From contig CAZWYF010000010.1 of NCBI GenBank assembly GCA_964637835.1, positions 18,045 to 82,044 on the forward strand: DNA of 64,000 nt. The letters run 5' to 3'. The notes under the pieces are model-generated. The model was not told the origin of the DNA, did not search any database, and was given only the letters and a program-made list of their open reading frames with translations. Made by a program: the position numbers and the translations under genes. Shown here piece after piece: positions 46,809 to 56,068 of the stretch. The first letter of the stretch is position 1. Each line of letters begins with the position of its first letter. The stretch comes from an uncultured Fibrobacteraceae bacterium (GTDB lineage: Bacteria; Krumholzibacteriota; Krumholzibacteriia; LZORAL124-64-63).

Positions 46809-48253
46809 GCGCCCTGTACGCGGCGGCTGCCGCGGCGCGGGATCTCGCCGCCGCTGGGTTGCTGCGGGCGGTGCTGGTGGCGCAGGACGGCGTCTGGCGC
46901 CGGGTGGGACCGGCGGCGGCGGTCGGGGCCTTCCAGGGCGCCGTGCTGGACTCCCGCCAGGCCGGCGGCGGCCGGCTCTTCGTGGGCCTGCCGGGCACCC
47001 GCGTCGACGGCCGCCGGTTCGCCGCCGAGGCCGTGCGCGCCGGCGCGGTGGCCCTGACCGGACCCGGCGACGGCGAGGACCTGGCGCCTGGCGGCGCCGT
47101 GCCGCCGGCGGGCACCGTGCTGATCAGCGACGACCCCCAGGCGGCCCTCGCCGAACTGGCGTCCTGCTGGCGAGGTCGTCACCGACCCGAGCTGGTGGGC
47201 ATCACCGGCAGCAACGGCAAGACCACCACCAAGGACCTGCTGGCGGCGCTCCTGCGGGGCGCCGGCGCCGTGCACGCCACGGCCGGCAACTTCAACAGCG
47301 CCCAGGGCGTGCCCCTGACGTTGCTGGGCCTGGCGCCGGAACATCGCTACGCGGTGGTGGAGATGGGCGCCTCGGCGCGGGGGCACATCGCCGAGCTGGC
47401 GGCGCTCGCCCGGCCCCGGGTGGGGCTGATCACCGTGGCGGCCGGTGCGCATCTGGAGACCTTCGGCGACCTCGACGGCGTGATCGCCGGCAAGGGCGAG
47501 CTGGTGGAGGCCCTGCCGGCCGACGGCGTGGCGGTCCTCAATGCCGACAGTCCCGGGTTCGACCGCTGGTGCGAGCGCGCCCCCTGCCCGGTGGTGAGCT
47601 TCGGGGAGCAGGCCGGCGACCACCGCTGGCGATTCGCGGTGGGGCCGGACCCCCGCACGGGCGAGCTGATCCTCGACGGCGAGCGCTGGCCGGTGCCCTT
47701 GCCCGGCCGGCACAACGCCGCCAATCTCGCCGCCGCCATCCTGGCCGGCCGGGCCGTGGGCGCGGCCGATACGCAGATGCGGGCCGGGCTGGCGGGGTTC
47801 GCGGCGTCGCCGCACCGGGGCCTGCTGCTGCCCCTGGCCGGACGCCGCCTGCTGGACGACTGCTACAACGCCAACCCCGACAGCCTGCGCAGCGCCGCCC
47901 GGGCCCTGGCCGAGCTCGCCGGTGGCGAGGCCTGGGCCGTGCTCGGCGCCATGGCCGAGCTGGGGCCCGAGAGCGACCGCCTGCACGAGGCGGCCGGCCG
48001 CGAGCTGGCGGACCTGGGCATCGGGCGTCTGGTCGCCGTGGGCGAGGGGGCCCGCCCCCTGGCCACGGGTTTCGCCGCGGCGGGCGGCCTGGCCGAGGTG
48101 GTCGGCGATCACGACGCCGCCGCCGATCTGCTGGCCACGCTCACCCGGCCCGGTGATCGCATCTTGCTCAAGGGCTCGCGCTCGGCCACCATGGAGCGGG
48201 TGCTCGGGGCGTTGCAGGAGCGCCACCACTGGACAGCGGAGGTCACCGGGTGA
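46805..48253 (+). CDS. murF: UDP-N-acetylmuramoyl-tripeptide--D-alanyl-D-alanine ligase
   Basis: GTGA overlap with murE. GITGSNGKTTTKD, and NANPDS near the C-terminal domain. Confidence 0.9.
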   Translation: MSALYAAAAAARDLAAAGLLRAVLVAQDGVWRRVGPAAAVGAFQGAVLDSRQAGGGRLFVGLPGTRVDGRRFAAEAVRAGAVALTGPGDGEDLAPGGAVPPAGTVLISDDPQAALAELASCWRGRHRPELVGITGSNGKTTTKDLLAALLRGAGAVHATAGNFNSAQGVPLTLLGLAPEHRYAVVEMGASARGHIAELAALARPRVGLITVAAGAHLETFGDLDGVIAGKGELVEALPADGVAVLNADSPGFDRWCERAPCPVVSFGEQAGDHRWRFAVGPDPRTGELILDGERWPVPLPGRHNAANLAAAILAGRAVGAADTQMRAGLAGFAASPHRGLLLPLAGRRLLDDCYNANPDSLRSAARALAELAGGEAWAVLGAMAELGPESDRLHEAAGRELADLGIGRLVAVGEGARPLATGFAAAGGLAEVVGDHDAAADLLATLTRPGDRILLKGSRSATMERVLGALQERHHWTAEVTG

Positions 48254-49635
48254 CCGACTTCGCCGGTCAGACGTTCCTCGTTCTCGGCCTCGGCCGCAGC
48301 GGTTGCGCCGCCGCGGCCCTGCTGCGTCGCCACGGCGCGGTGGTCCTGGGCGCGGACGACGCCCCGGAGGCCGACCTCGCCGCCCGCTGGCGTCGCGACG
48401 GGTTGACCGGGCTGGCGGCCGAGGCCTGCGACGAGGTCCACGCCGACGGGCGCTGGCGCGAACTGACGCCCGATCGCGCGCAGGCCGTGGTCCTCAGCCC
48501 CGGCGTGCCCGCCGAGCACCCGGCGCTGGCGCCGTGGCGCGCGGCCGGGGTGCCCCTTGCCGGCGAGCTGGAGTGGGCCGCGCGCCTGTTGCCCGGCCGC
48601 AGCGTCGCGGTGACCGGCACCAACGGCAAGTCCACCGTCACCGCCTGGATCGCCCACATCCTGCGTACCGCCGGCCTCGAGAGTCCCGCCGTGGGCAACC
48701 TGGGGACGCCCCTCGCCGCGGTGGTGGACCACCTCGGCCCCGGCGCCATCCCGGTGATCGAGTGCAGCAGCTTCCAGCTCGAGACCATCGACCGCTTCTC
48801 TCCCGACGTGGGGGTGTGCCTGAACCTGGCGCCCGACCACCTGGACCGGTACGCCGACCTGGCGGACTACTATGCCGCCAAGGCCCGGCTGGCCGCGCAC
48901 GTCGCGCCTGGCGGCGTCTTCGTCACGGCCACCGGCTGCGCGCCCGCCCTGGGCTGGCTCCATGGCGGCCGGCGCCTGCTCTTCGGCGACCCCGCGGCCG
49001 GGGCGGACGCCTGGCTCGCCGACGACCACGTCTGGCTGCGGCACCGGGGCGAGCCCCGGCGGCTGGTCCACTGCGACGAGCTGACGCTCACCTCGCCGCC
49101 CAACCTGGTCAACGCCACCGCCTGCGCCGTGGCCGTCGCCCCCCTGCTGGACGACCCCGACGCCATCGCGGCCGGACTGCGGAGCTTCGGCGGCCTGCCG
49201 CACCGGCATCAGCTGGTCGGCACGCTGGGCGGCGTGCGCTTCGTCGACGACTCCAAGGCCACCAACGTCCACGCCGTGCGGGCCGGCCTGGACGGCTACC
49301 CCCGGCCCGTGGTGCTCATCGCCGGCGGCAGTGGCAAGGGGGAGGATTACGCGCCCCTGCGCGAGGTGATGGGCCCCGTGCGCGCGGTGGTGACCATCGG
49401 CGAGCAGGGCCCGGCCATCGCCGCCACGCTGGCGGGCGTGGTGCCCTGCGAGGCGGCGCCCGACCTGCCGGCCGCGGTGACGCGGGCGGCCCGTCTCGCC
49501 GCGCCGGACGCCACGGTGCTGCTGAGCCCGGCCTGTGCGAGCTTCGACATGTTCTCCAGCTATCGCGAACGCGGCGAGGTGTTCGCCGCGGCCGTCCGCG
49601 CCCTCGGGGCCGAGACCGAGGCGAGGTCGTCATGA
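48250..49635 (+). CDS. murD: UDP-N-acetylmuramoylalanine--D-glutamate ligase
   Basis: GTGA overlap with murF. N-terminal Rossmann LVLGLGRSG, and AVTGTNGKSTV. Confidence 0.9.
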   Translation: MTDFAGQTFLVLGLGRSGCAAAALLRRHGAVVLGADDAPEADLAARWRRDGLTGLAAEACDEVHADGRWRELTPDRAQAVVLSPGVPAEHPALAPWRAAGVPLAGELEWAARLLPGRSVAVTGTNGKSTVTAWIAHILRTAGLESPAVGNLGTPLAAVVDHLGPGAIPVIECSSFQLETIDRFSPDVGVCLNLAPDHLDRYADLADYYAAKARLAAHVAPGGVFVTATGCAPALGWLHGGRRLLFGDPAAGADAWLADDHVWLRHRGEPRRLVHCDELTLTSPPNLVNATACAVAVAPLLDDPDAIAAGLRSFGGLPHRHQLVGTLGGVRFVDDSKATNVHAVRAGLDGYPRPVVLIAGGSGKGEDYAPLREVMGPVRAVVTIGEQGPAIAATLAGVVPCEAAPDLPAAVTRAARLAAPDATVLLSPACASFDMFSSYRERGEVFAAAVRALGAETEARSS

Positions 49636-50819
49636 ACCTGCAGCGCACCATCCGGCGCCTGCGGCCCACCGGGCAGGATGGCTGGTTCCTGGCGGCGGTG
49701 GGCGTTCTCTGCCTGCTGGGGACCCTGGCCGTCTATGGTGCCGGCAGCTTCCGGCCCGAGGCCCAGGGGCAGTACCACTACCTCCAGCGCCACGTCGAGC
49801 GCCTGCTCATCGGCGGCGTGGCCGCGCTGATGCTCGCCCACGTCGACCACGTGCGCCTGCGCCGGCCGTGGCTGGTCTGGACCGGCCTGGCCGCCGGGCT
49901 GGGCCTGACGGCCTGGCCGGTTGCCATGCAGTCGCTGCACATCGATCGCTGGATCGAGATCCCCGGACTCGGCCAGTTCCAGCCCCTGGAGCTGGCCAAG
50001 CTGGCCCTGGTGTTCTTCCTGGCCCATCGCCTGGCGGCCTCGCCCCTGGAACGACCCCTGGGCGCGCGCGCCCTGCTGACCACCCTGGCGGCCGGGCCGG
50101 TGGCGCTCATGGTGATCCTGGTGCTGCAGCCCAACTTCGGCAACGTGGTGATCATGGCCCTGGTGACCGTGCTGATGCTCCTGGTGGCGGGGCTGAGCTG
50201 GCGCTGGCTGCTGCCGGTGATCCCCGCCGCGGCCGCCGCCGGCGCCCTGGGCTTCTTCACCTCGGCCAAGCTGCACGATCGCATCCTCCAGTGGTGGCAC
50301 GGCTGGCGCGGGGTGGGCCTGGACGGCGAACCGCCCTTCGGCTACCAGGTGCACCAGTCGTTGCTGGGCATGGGGGCGGGCGGCTGGCACGGCCTCGGCC
50401 CCGGCGGCAGCCACAACAAGTTCGCCTTCCTGCCGGAGAACCACACGGACTTCGCGGTGTCGTTCCTGGGCGAGGAGCTGGGACTGGTCGGGGCGCTGCT
50501 GGTGGTGGCGGCGCTGGTGGTGGTCTTCTGGCGCACGCTGGTCATCGCCCAGAACGCGCCGACGCGGTTCGGTCGTCTGCTGGCCGTGGGTCTGGGGGGC
50601 ATGCTCTTCGTCTATGGCGTGGCGAACCTCGCCATGGTCACCGGCATGATCCCGGTGATGGGCGTGCCGCTGCCTTTCGTCAGCTATGGCGGCTCCGCCC
50701 TGGTCACCAACCTCGCCGCGGTGGGCATGATCCTGAACGTGGACCGGCAAGGGCGCGGGCGGCAGGTGGCGCGGGCCACCGCCACGCCGTGGTTTGACCA
50801 CGGAGGCCTGCGCAGCTAG
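49632..50819 (+). CDS. ftsW: SEDS-family peptidoglycan glycosyltransferase FtsW
   Basis: ATGA overlap with murD. QPLELAKLALVFFLA, HTDFAVSFLGEELGLVG, GVPLPFVSYGGSALV. Confidence 0.9.
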   Translation: MNLQRTIRRLRPTGQDGWFLAAVGVLCLLGTLAVYGAGSFRPEAQGQYHYLQRHVERLLIGGVAALMLAHVDHVRLRRPWLVWTGLAAGLGLTAWPVAMQSLHIDRWIEIPGLGQFQPLELAKLALVFFLAHRLAASPLERPLGARALLTTLAAGPVALMVILVLQPNFGNVVIMALVTVLMLLVAGLSWRWLLPVIPAAAAAGALGFFTSAKLHDRILQWWHGWRGVGLDGEPPFGYQVHQSLLGMGAGGWHGLGPGGSHNKFAFLPENHTDFAVSFLGEELGLVGALLVVAALVVVFWRTLVIAQNAPTRFGRLLAVGLGGMLFVYGVANLAMVTGMIPVMGVPLPFVSYGGSALVTNLAAVGMILNVDRQGRGRQVARATATPWFDHGGLRS

Positions 50820-50853
50820 AATCCCCCGGAACCCGGAGCGCAAGGAGGCGCCG

Positions 50854-52242
50854 TTGTTCCGGAACACGCGACACATCCACCTCGTCGCCATCGGCGGCGT
50901 GGGCATGAGCGGGATCGCCGAGGTCCTGCTCAATCTCGGCTTCACCGTCAGCGGCAGCGACCTGCACCGGTCGGCGACCACCGACCGGCTCGCCGCGCTG
51001 GGCGCGCGCATCCACGTCGGCCACGCCGCCGAGCAGGTGGCCGGCGCCGACGTGGTGGTCCGGTCGTCGGCCGTCTCGGAGGCCAACAGCGAGGTGCGCG
51101 AGGCGCGTCGGCGACGCATCCCGGTGATCCGCCGCGCGGAGATGCTCGCCGAGCTCATGCGCCTGAAGCAGGGCATCGCCGTGGCCGGCTCCCATGGCAA
51201 GACCACCACCACCAGCCTGACCGCCACCGTGCTGGCTGCCGCCGGCCTCGATCCCACGGTCATCGTGGGCGGCAAGGTGCTGGCCCTCGGCACCGGCGCC
51301 GTCCTGGGAGGCGGCGAGTGGCTGGTGGCCGAGGCCGACGAGAGCGACGGCAGCTTCCTGCACCTGGTGCCCACCATCGCGGTGGTCACCAACATCGATC
51401 ACGAGCACGTGGACCACTACCCGCACCTGGCCGACCTCCGCGCCGCCTTCACCGACTTCCTCGGCCGCGTGCCCTTCTATGGCACCGCCGTCCTCTGCGC
51501 CGACGATCCCGAGCTGCGCGCCCTGATCCCCACCCTCGACCGCCGCGTGGTCACCTACGGCCTGGCCCGGGAAGCCGCCGTGCGCGCCGACGAGGCCACG
51601 CTGGTGGCCGACGCCCGGGGCCAGCGCGCCCGCGTGCTGGTGGAGGGCCAGCCGGCCGGCGAGCTGCGATTGCCCCAGCCGGGACGCCACAACCTGCGCA
51701 ACGCCCTGGCCGCCGTGGCCGTGGCGCGCGAGCTGGGCGTGCCCTTCGCCACGGCGGCCGGCGCGCTGGCCGCCTTCGCCGGCGTGGGCCGTCGCTGCGA
51801 GGACCGGGGCGAGCACGGGGGCGTCCGGGTCCTGGACGACTACGGCCACCATCCCACCGAGCTGCTCGCGAGCCTGGAGGTGGCGCGGGCCAGCGGCCGC
51901 CGCGTGGCCGCGCTCTTCCAGCCGCACCGCTACTCGCGCACGCGCCACTTCGCCCGTCAGTTCGCCGAGGCCCTGGCCGGCGCCGACGTGGTGGCCCTGC
52001 TGCCGGTCTACGCCGCCGGCGAGACCGACCCTGCCGATGGCGGCAGCGCGCGCATCGCCGCCGCGCTGGCCGAGCTGGGCGGCCCGGAGGCCGTCCTCCT
52101 GGAGGACCTCGAAGGCGCCGTCGCCTGGGTCCGGCGGGCGCTGGCGCCTGGCGACCTGCTGCTGACCCTGGGCGCCGGCGACATCGGCCGGCAGGTGGGC
52201 GACCTCTGCGCGGCGCTGGCCGGGAAGGAGGCCGGCGCATGA
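50854..52242 (+). CDS. murC: UDP-N-acetylmuramate--L-alanine ligase
   Basis: TTG 50854 is 5 nt after AAGGAGG (alternative TTG 50794 overlaps ftsW). HLVAIGGVGMSGIAEVL and AVAGSHGKTTTTS. Confidence 0.9.
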   Translation: MFRNTRHIHLVAIGGVGMSGIAEVLLNLGFTVSGSDLHRSATTDRLAALGARIHVGHAAEQVAGADVVVRSSAVSEANSEVREARRRRIPVIRRAEMLAELMRLKQGIAVAGSHGKTTTTSLTATVLAAAGLDPTVIVGGKVLALGTGAVLGGGEWLVAEADESDGSFLHLVPTIAVVTNIDHEHVDHYPHLADLRAAFTDFLGRVPFYGTAVLCADDPELRALIPTLDRRVVTYGLAREAAVRADEATLVADARGQRARVLVEGQPAGELRLPQPGRHNLRNALAAVAVARELGVPFATAAGALAAFAGVGRRCEDRGEHGGVRVLDDYGHHPTELLASLEVARASGRRVAALFQPHRYSRTRHFARQFAEALAGADVVALLPVYAAGETDPADGGSARIAAALAELGGPEAVLLEDLEGAVAWVRRALAPGDLLLTLGAGDIGRQVGDLCAALAGKEAGA

Positions 52243-53054
52243 GGACCTCGCCCCTGGCCATCGGGGAGCATCGCGGGCCGCGCGGTCGTGCCCTGGCGGC
52301 GCCGCGGCGGCCGCGGTCGTCCCGGCGGCGTCTCTGGCTGAAGGTGACCCTGGCGGTGCTCGCCCTCGGTCTGATCGCCGCGGGGAGCTGGTGGCTGACC
52401 ACCGCCCCGGCGTTCTCCGTGGCGCGGGTGGAGACCGGGCGCTACCGTTTCGCCTCCGGCCCGGCCGTGGAGGCGGCGCTCGGCCGCGTCCTCGGGCTGA
52501 ACATCTTCACCCTGCCGACGACCGCGGTGCGGGACGCATTCGGCGACCTGCCATGGGTGCGCGAGGTGAGCCTGGGGCGGCGGCTGCCCGACGTGCTCAC
52601 CGTGCGGCTGGAGGAGTGGCAGCCGCGGCTGCTGCTGGCGCCGGCCGAGGCGGGCGGGCCGGCGCTCGCGCTGGTGGACGGCGGGCGGGTCCTGGCCTGG
52701 CCGGACCACCTGCCCCTGCCCGCCCTGCCCTGGCTGGTGGGGGTGTCCCCGCAGGCCACGGCCGCGGACCACTGGACCCTGGAGCCGGAGGCCGCGGGCG
52801 TGATCACGGCGTTGCTGGAGGCCCTGGCGGCCACGGGGCTGGAGCACGAGGTCCCCGTGGACTTCGTCTGCTGGACGGCGGCGGGAGCGGAGCTGGTCCT
52901 GCAGCCCGATGGCTCGCGTCTGCGCCTCGGCCGGGAGGACCTCGCCCACCGCCTGCAGCGGTACCTGGTCGGCCGGCAACAGGTCCCCACCGGAGCGGTG
53001 GTGGACCTGCGGTTCGATGATCGCATCACCTTCGGTCCGCCGGCGGGCTCGTGA
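52239..53054 (+). CDS. ftsQ: Cell division protein FtsQ
   Basis: ATGA overlap with murC, with GGGAAGGAGG upstream. Basic N-terminus, TM helix (VTLAVLALGLIAAGSWWL), POTRA-like FSVARVETGRYRF...VREVSLGRRLPDVLTVRLEE. Confidence 0.8.
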   Translation: MRTSPLAIGEHRGPRGRALAAPRRPRSSRRRLWLKVTLAVLALGLIAAGSWWLTTAPAFSVARVETGRYRFASGPAVEAALGRVLGLNIFTLPTTAVRDAFGDLPWVREVSLGRRLPDVLTVRLEEWQPRLLLAPAEAGGPALALVDGGRVLAWPDHLPLPALPWLVGVSPQATAADHWTLEPEAAGVITALLEALAATGLEHEVPVDFVCWTAAGAELVLQPDGSRLRLGREDLAHRLQRYLVGRQQVPTGAVVDLRFDDRITFGPPAGS

Positions 53055-53079
53055 CCGGCGGCCGGAAAGGACTCCGGGC

Positions 53080-54309
53080 ATGACCGAGGGCAGCCTCATC
53101 GTCGCCTGCGACTTCGGGTCCAGCGCCTTCCGCGGCGTGGTGGCCGAGGCTGCCGTCGGCGGCGCCGTGCGGGTGCTGGCCGGCGCCACCTGCGCGGCCC
53201 AGGGCTTCCAGGACGGCGACTTCGTGGACATCAAGGCCGGCAGCCTCGCCATCTCGCAGCTCGTGCGCGACCTGCAGAACGCCGCCGACGTGGACATCCG
53301 GGGCTTCGGCTTCAACATCGCCGGCTCGCACCTGCGTTCGGTGGAGGCCACCGGGCAGATCCCCGTCGGCCCGGGCGCCCGTGAGATCAACGACCGCGAC
53401 GTGGGCGACGTCATGGCCATGGCCCGCAGCCTGACCATCCCCTTCAATCACTGCATCCTGGCGGTCAACCCGGTGGAGTTCACCGTCGACCGCGTGGGGG
53501 GCATCCAGGATCCGCGGGGTCGTCAGGGCAGCCGCCTGGAGGTCAAGGCCCATCTGATCACCGGCTCGAGCTCGGTGATCAGCAACATCGAGAACGCCGT
53601 GGACAAGGCGGGCTACCAGGCTGCCGGGTACGCGGTGGACGTGCTCGCGGCCGCCACCTGCCTGCTCACCCCGGAGGAGCGGGAGCAAGGCGCACTGCTC
53701 ATCGACGTGGGCGGCGCGGTCACCAGCTGGGCGGTGATCGCCGGCGGTCGCCTCCTGGGGATGGGGGCCACGCCGTGGGGTGGCGGGCATCTCACGGCCG
53801 ACCTCGCCAGCGGGCTGCGCGTGAGCGCCGAGGCGGCCGAGGCGGTCAAGCGCGATCGTGGCGTGGTGCTGCGCAGCCTGGTGGAGGACGTGGACGTCAA
53901 CGTGCTGTTCGAGCAGGAGGACCCCGAGGAGACGCCGGGCCTGGTGGCGGCCATCCTCGAGCCGCGGCTCGAGGAGATCTTCTCCCTGGTGAAGGACGCC
54001 CTGGGGCCCGGCTTGCCCCTGGCGCGTCTCGGGGCCGGCGTGGTGCTCACCGGCGGCGGCAGCCATTGCCGGGGTTCGCGGGAACTCTGCGAGGAGGTCT
54101 TCGGCCTGCCGGTGCGGGCGCGTTATCTGCCCGACTCCCTGGAGGGGAGCGAGCACCTGCCACCAGGCCAGTGGGCCACCGCCCTGGGCCTGGTGATGTG
54201 GAGCGGTGGCGGGGAGGCCGCCACCAGCGCGCAGCCCGCTCGCCGCGCCGATGGCGGCGGCCTGCGCGATCGGCTGCGTCGCTGGCTCGGCCGCACCGGC
54301 GCCGCGTGA
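53080..54309 (+). CDS. ftsA: Cell division protein FtsA
   Basis: Actin-fold motifs ACDFGSS, LIDVGGAVT and VLTGGGS. C-terminal amphipathic segment LRDRLRRWLGR. Confidence 0.9.
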   Translation: MTEGSLIVACDFGSSAFRGVVAEAAVGGAVRVLAGATCAAQGFQDGDFVDIKAGSLAISQLVRDLQNAADVDIRGFGFNIAGSHLRSVEATGQIPVGPGAREINDRDVGDVMAMARSLTIPFNHCILAVNPVEFTVDRVGGIQDPRGRQGSRLEVKAHLITGSSSVISNIENAVDKAGYQAAGYAVDVLAAATCLLTPEEREQGALLIDVGGAVTSWAVIAGGRLLGMGATPWGGGHLTADLASGLRVSAEAAEAVKRDRGVVLRSLVEDVDVNVLFEQEDPEETPGLVAAILEPRLEEIFSLVKDALGPGLPLARLGAGVVLTGGGSHCRGSRELCEEVFGLPVRARYLPDSLEGSEHLPPGQWATALGLVMWSGGGEAATSAQPARRADGGGLRDRLRRWLGRTGAA

Positions 54310-54338
54310 GCGCCGCGGCGCCGGGCCCGGCTTTTCCC

Positions 54339-54367
54339 TTGGCCAGCGTCGGCCGACGTGTTAACAA
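54339..54367 (+). promoter_or_regulatory. Possible internal ftsZ promoter TTGGCC-17 nt-TAACAA
   Basis: Hexamers at 54339-54344 and 54362-54367 in the 117-nt ftsA-ftsZ gap. Weak -35. Confidence 0.25.
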
Positions 54368-54426
54368 TGTCGCGTGGGGCCAGGGACGGCCCTCACGCCA
54401 GCCCATCTCACGGAGGAGGCGGGTTC

Positions 54427-56067
54427 ATGAACATCCAGTTCGCACCTGATGATACCCCGCAACGGCGGGTGAAGATCAAGGTCGTCGGCGTCGGGGGCGC
54501 CGGCGGCAACGCGGTCGATCGCATGATCGAGAACGGCCTCTCGGAAGTCGATTTCTACGCCGTCAACACCGACGGCCAGGCCCTCGACCGATCCCGCGCC
54601 CACCAGACCCTGGTCATCGGCAACGACCTCACCCGCGGCCTCGGCGCCGGCGGCGATCCGGACATCGGTCGTCGCGCGGCGGAGGAGGACCGCGAGGTGC
54701 TGGCCGCCATGGTGGAGGACGCCGACATGGTGTTCGTCACCGCCGGCATGGGCGGCGGCACGGGCACCGGCGCGGCCCCCGTGGTGGCGGAGGTGGCCCG
54801 AGCCAGCGGCGCGCTCACCGTCGCGGTGGTCACGCGGCCCTTCCTCTTCGAGGGCTTCCGGCGCATGGAGCAGGCCGAGGCCGGCCTCGGCGCGCTGCGC
54901 GATCACACCGACGCCCTGCTGGTGATCCCCAACGAGCGGCTGATGGAGATCGACCTGCCCGACGGGGCCATGACCGAGGTCTTCGGCATCGCGGACAACG
55001 TGCTCTACGAGGCCACCCGCGGCATCAGCGACATCATCGCCCAGCACGCCGTGGTCAACCTGGACTTCGCCGACGTCCGCACCGTGATGCAGGACAGCGG
55101 CGCGGCCATCATGGGCACCGGCCGGGCCGCCGGCGAGGATCGCGCCACCGTGGCCGCCGAGAAGGCCATCAACTCGCCGCTGCTCGAGAACGTGGACATC
55201 CACGGCTCGCGCGCGGTGCTCGTCTACCTGGCCGCCGGCAAGGTGGGGCGCGACGATCTCCGCGGCGCCATGGGCTACATCCAGCAGGCGGCCGGTGCGG
55301 AGGCCCACGTCTTCTTCGGCTTCGCCAACGACGAGACCCTGGGCGAGGACCTGCAGGTGACGGTGATCGCCACCGGCTTCCCCGCCGGGCAGCAGCGCCC
55401 GGCGTCGTCGCCGGCGCCGGCGGCGGAAACGATCGCGCCCGCGACCGTCGCGCCCGCGGAGCCAGAGCCCGCGGCGCCGGCGATGGAGCCGGAGCCCACG
55501 GAGCCGGCGGCTGCTGTGCCGGAGCCCGAGGCCAGGGAGCTCGGTCCCGCGGAGTCGGAGCCCCTGGCGACCGCACCCGAGGAACCGCCCGCGCGGTGGG
55601 CGTTCGCCGCTGCAGAGGCGCCGGGCGCCGCGGAACCCCGGCCGGGAGTCGCTCCGGTCGCCGATCCGCGATCCCATCCGCAGCCCGATCCGCAACCCGA
55701 TCCGCAACCGGATCCGCAACCCGATCCGCAGCCGCGGGCCGTGGAGTCGGAGGCGGCGCGCAACCTCGCGGCCCTCGCCGCGGCGGCCGGCGGCGTGGCC
55801 CGGCACCAGGAGGGGGCGCCGCCTGCCTTGCCGCACGCCACCGCGACCGCGGACCCCGGATCACCGGCCGGGACCGGGCCGGCGTCCGAGACGCCGGCCT
55901 CACGGGAGCCATCGGAGACCAGCCGGCGATTCCTCGATCCCGTCGGCGCCGTTCCTCTCGAGGATGGCGGGTCCGCCACGCCGCTCCCGGCCGGCCAGCG
56001 GTTCCGCAGCTCCGTGCTCGGGGACGACAAGCTGCGTCCGGCCTGGGAGAGGAAATACGTGGACTGA
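54427..56067 (+). CDS. ftsZ: Cell division protein FtsZ (long Pro/Ala-rich C-terminal linker)
   Basis: ATG 54427 after GGAGGAGG. GVGGAGGNAV, tubulin signature GGGTGTGAAP, IPNERL. Linker of roughly 190 aa. C-terminal peptide LRPAWERKYVD resembles the conserved IPAFLRK tail. Confidence 0.95.
   Translation: MNIQFAPDDTPQRRVKIKVVGVGGAGGNAVDRMIENGLSEVDFYAVNTDGQALDRSRAHQTLVIGNDLTRGLGAGGDPDIGRRAAEEDREVLAAMVEDADMVFVTAGMGGGTGTGAAPVVAEVARASGALTVAVVTRPFLFEGFRRMEQAEAGLGALRDHTDALLVIPNERLMEIDLPDGAMTEVFGIADNVLYEATRGISDIIAQHAVVNLDFADVRTVMQDSGAAIMGTGRAAGEDRATVAAEKAINSPLLENVDIHGSRAVLVYLAAGKVGRDDLRGAMGYIQQAAGAEAHVFFGFANDETLGEDLQVTVIATGFPAGQQRPASSPAPAAETIAPATVAPAEPEPAAPAMEPEPTEPAAAVPEPEARELGPAESEPLATAPEEPPARWAFAAAEAPGAAEPRPGVAPVADPRSHPQPDPQPDPQPDPQPDPQPRAVESEAARNLAALAAAAGGVARHQEGAPPALPHATATADPGSPAGTGPASETPASREPSETSRRFLDPVGAVPLEDGGSATPLPAGQRFRSSVLGDDKLRPAWERKYVD
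55681..55734 (+). repeat. 12-nt coding tandem repeat (QPDP x4.5) in the FtsZ linker
   Basis: cagcccgatccg / caacccgatccg / caaccggatccg / caacccgatccg / cagccg read directly from the sequence. Confidence 0.85.
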
Positions 56068-56068
56068 C

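Noticed and set aside
50794-50853. Earlier TTG start for murC overlapping ftsW, and the TTG 59331 start for recG
   Set aside because: Downstream starts (TTG 50854, ATG 59355) have well-spaced SD sequences and give N-termini closer to family norms. The choice remains uncertain without proteomic data.
48240-50860. Hidden or frameshifted mraY/murG remnants at the murF-murD and ftsW-murC junctions
   Set aside because: The junctions are a 4-nt overlap and a gap of at most 34 nt. Alternative frames across murD and ftsW give only low-complexity translations, so there is no pseudogene remnant.
54358-54426. Upstream extension of ftsZ (ORF starts at 54358)
   Set aside because: The canonical FtsZ N-terminus begins at MNIQFAP (ATG 54427), which has a GGAGGAGG SD. 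The extension adds 23 non-conserved residues and overlaps the promoter-like region.
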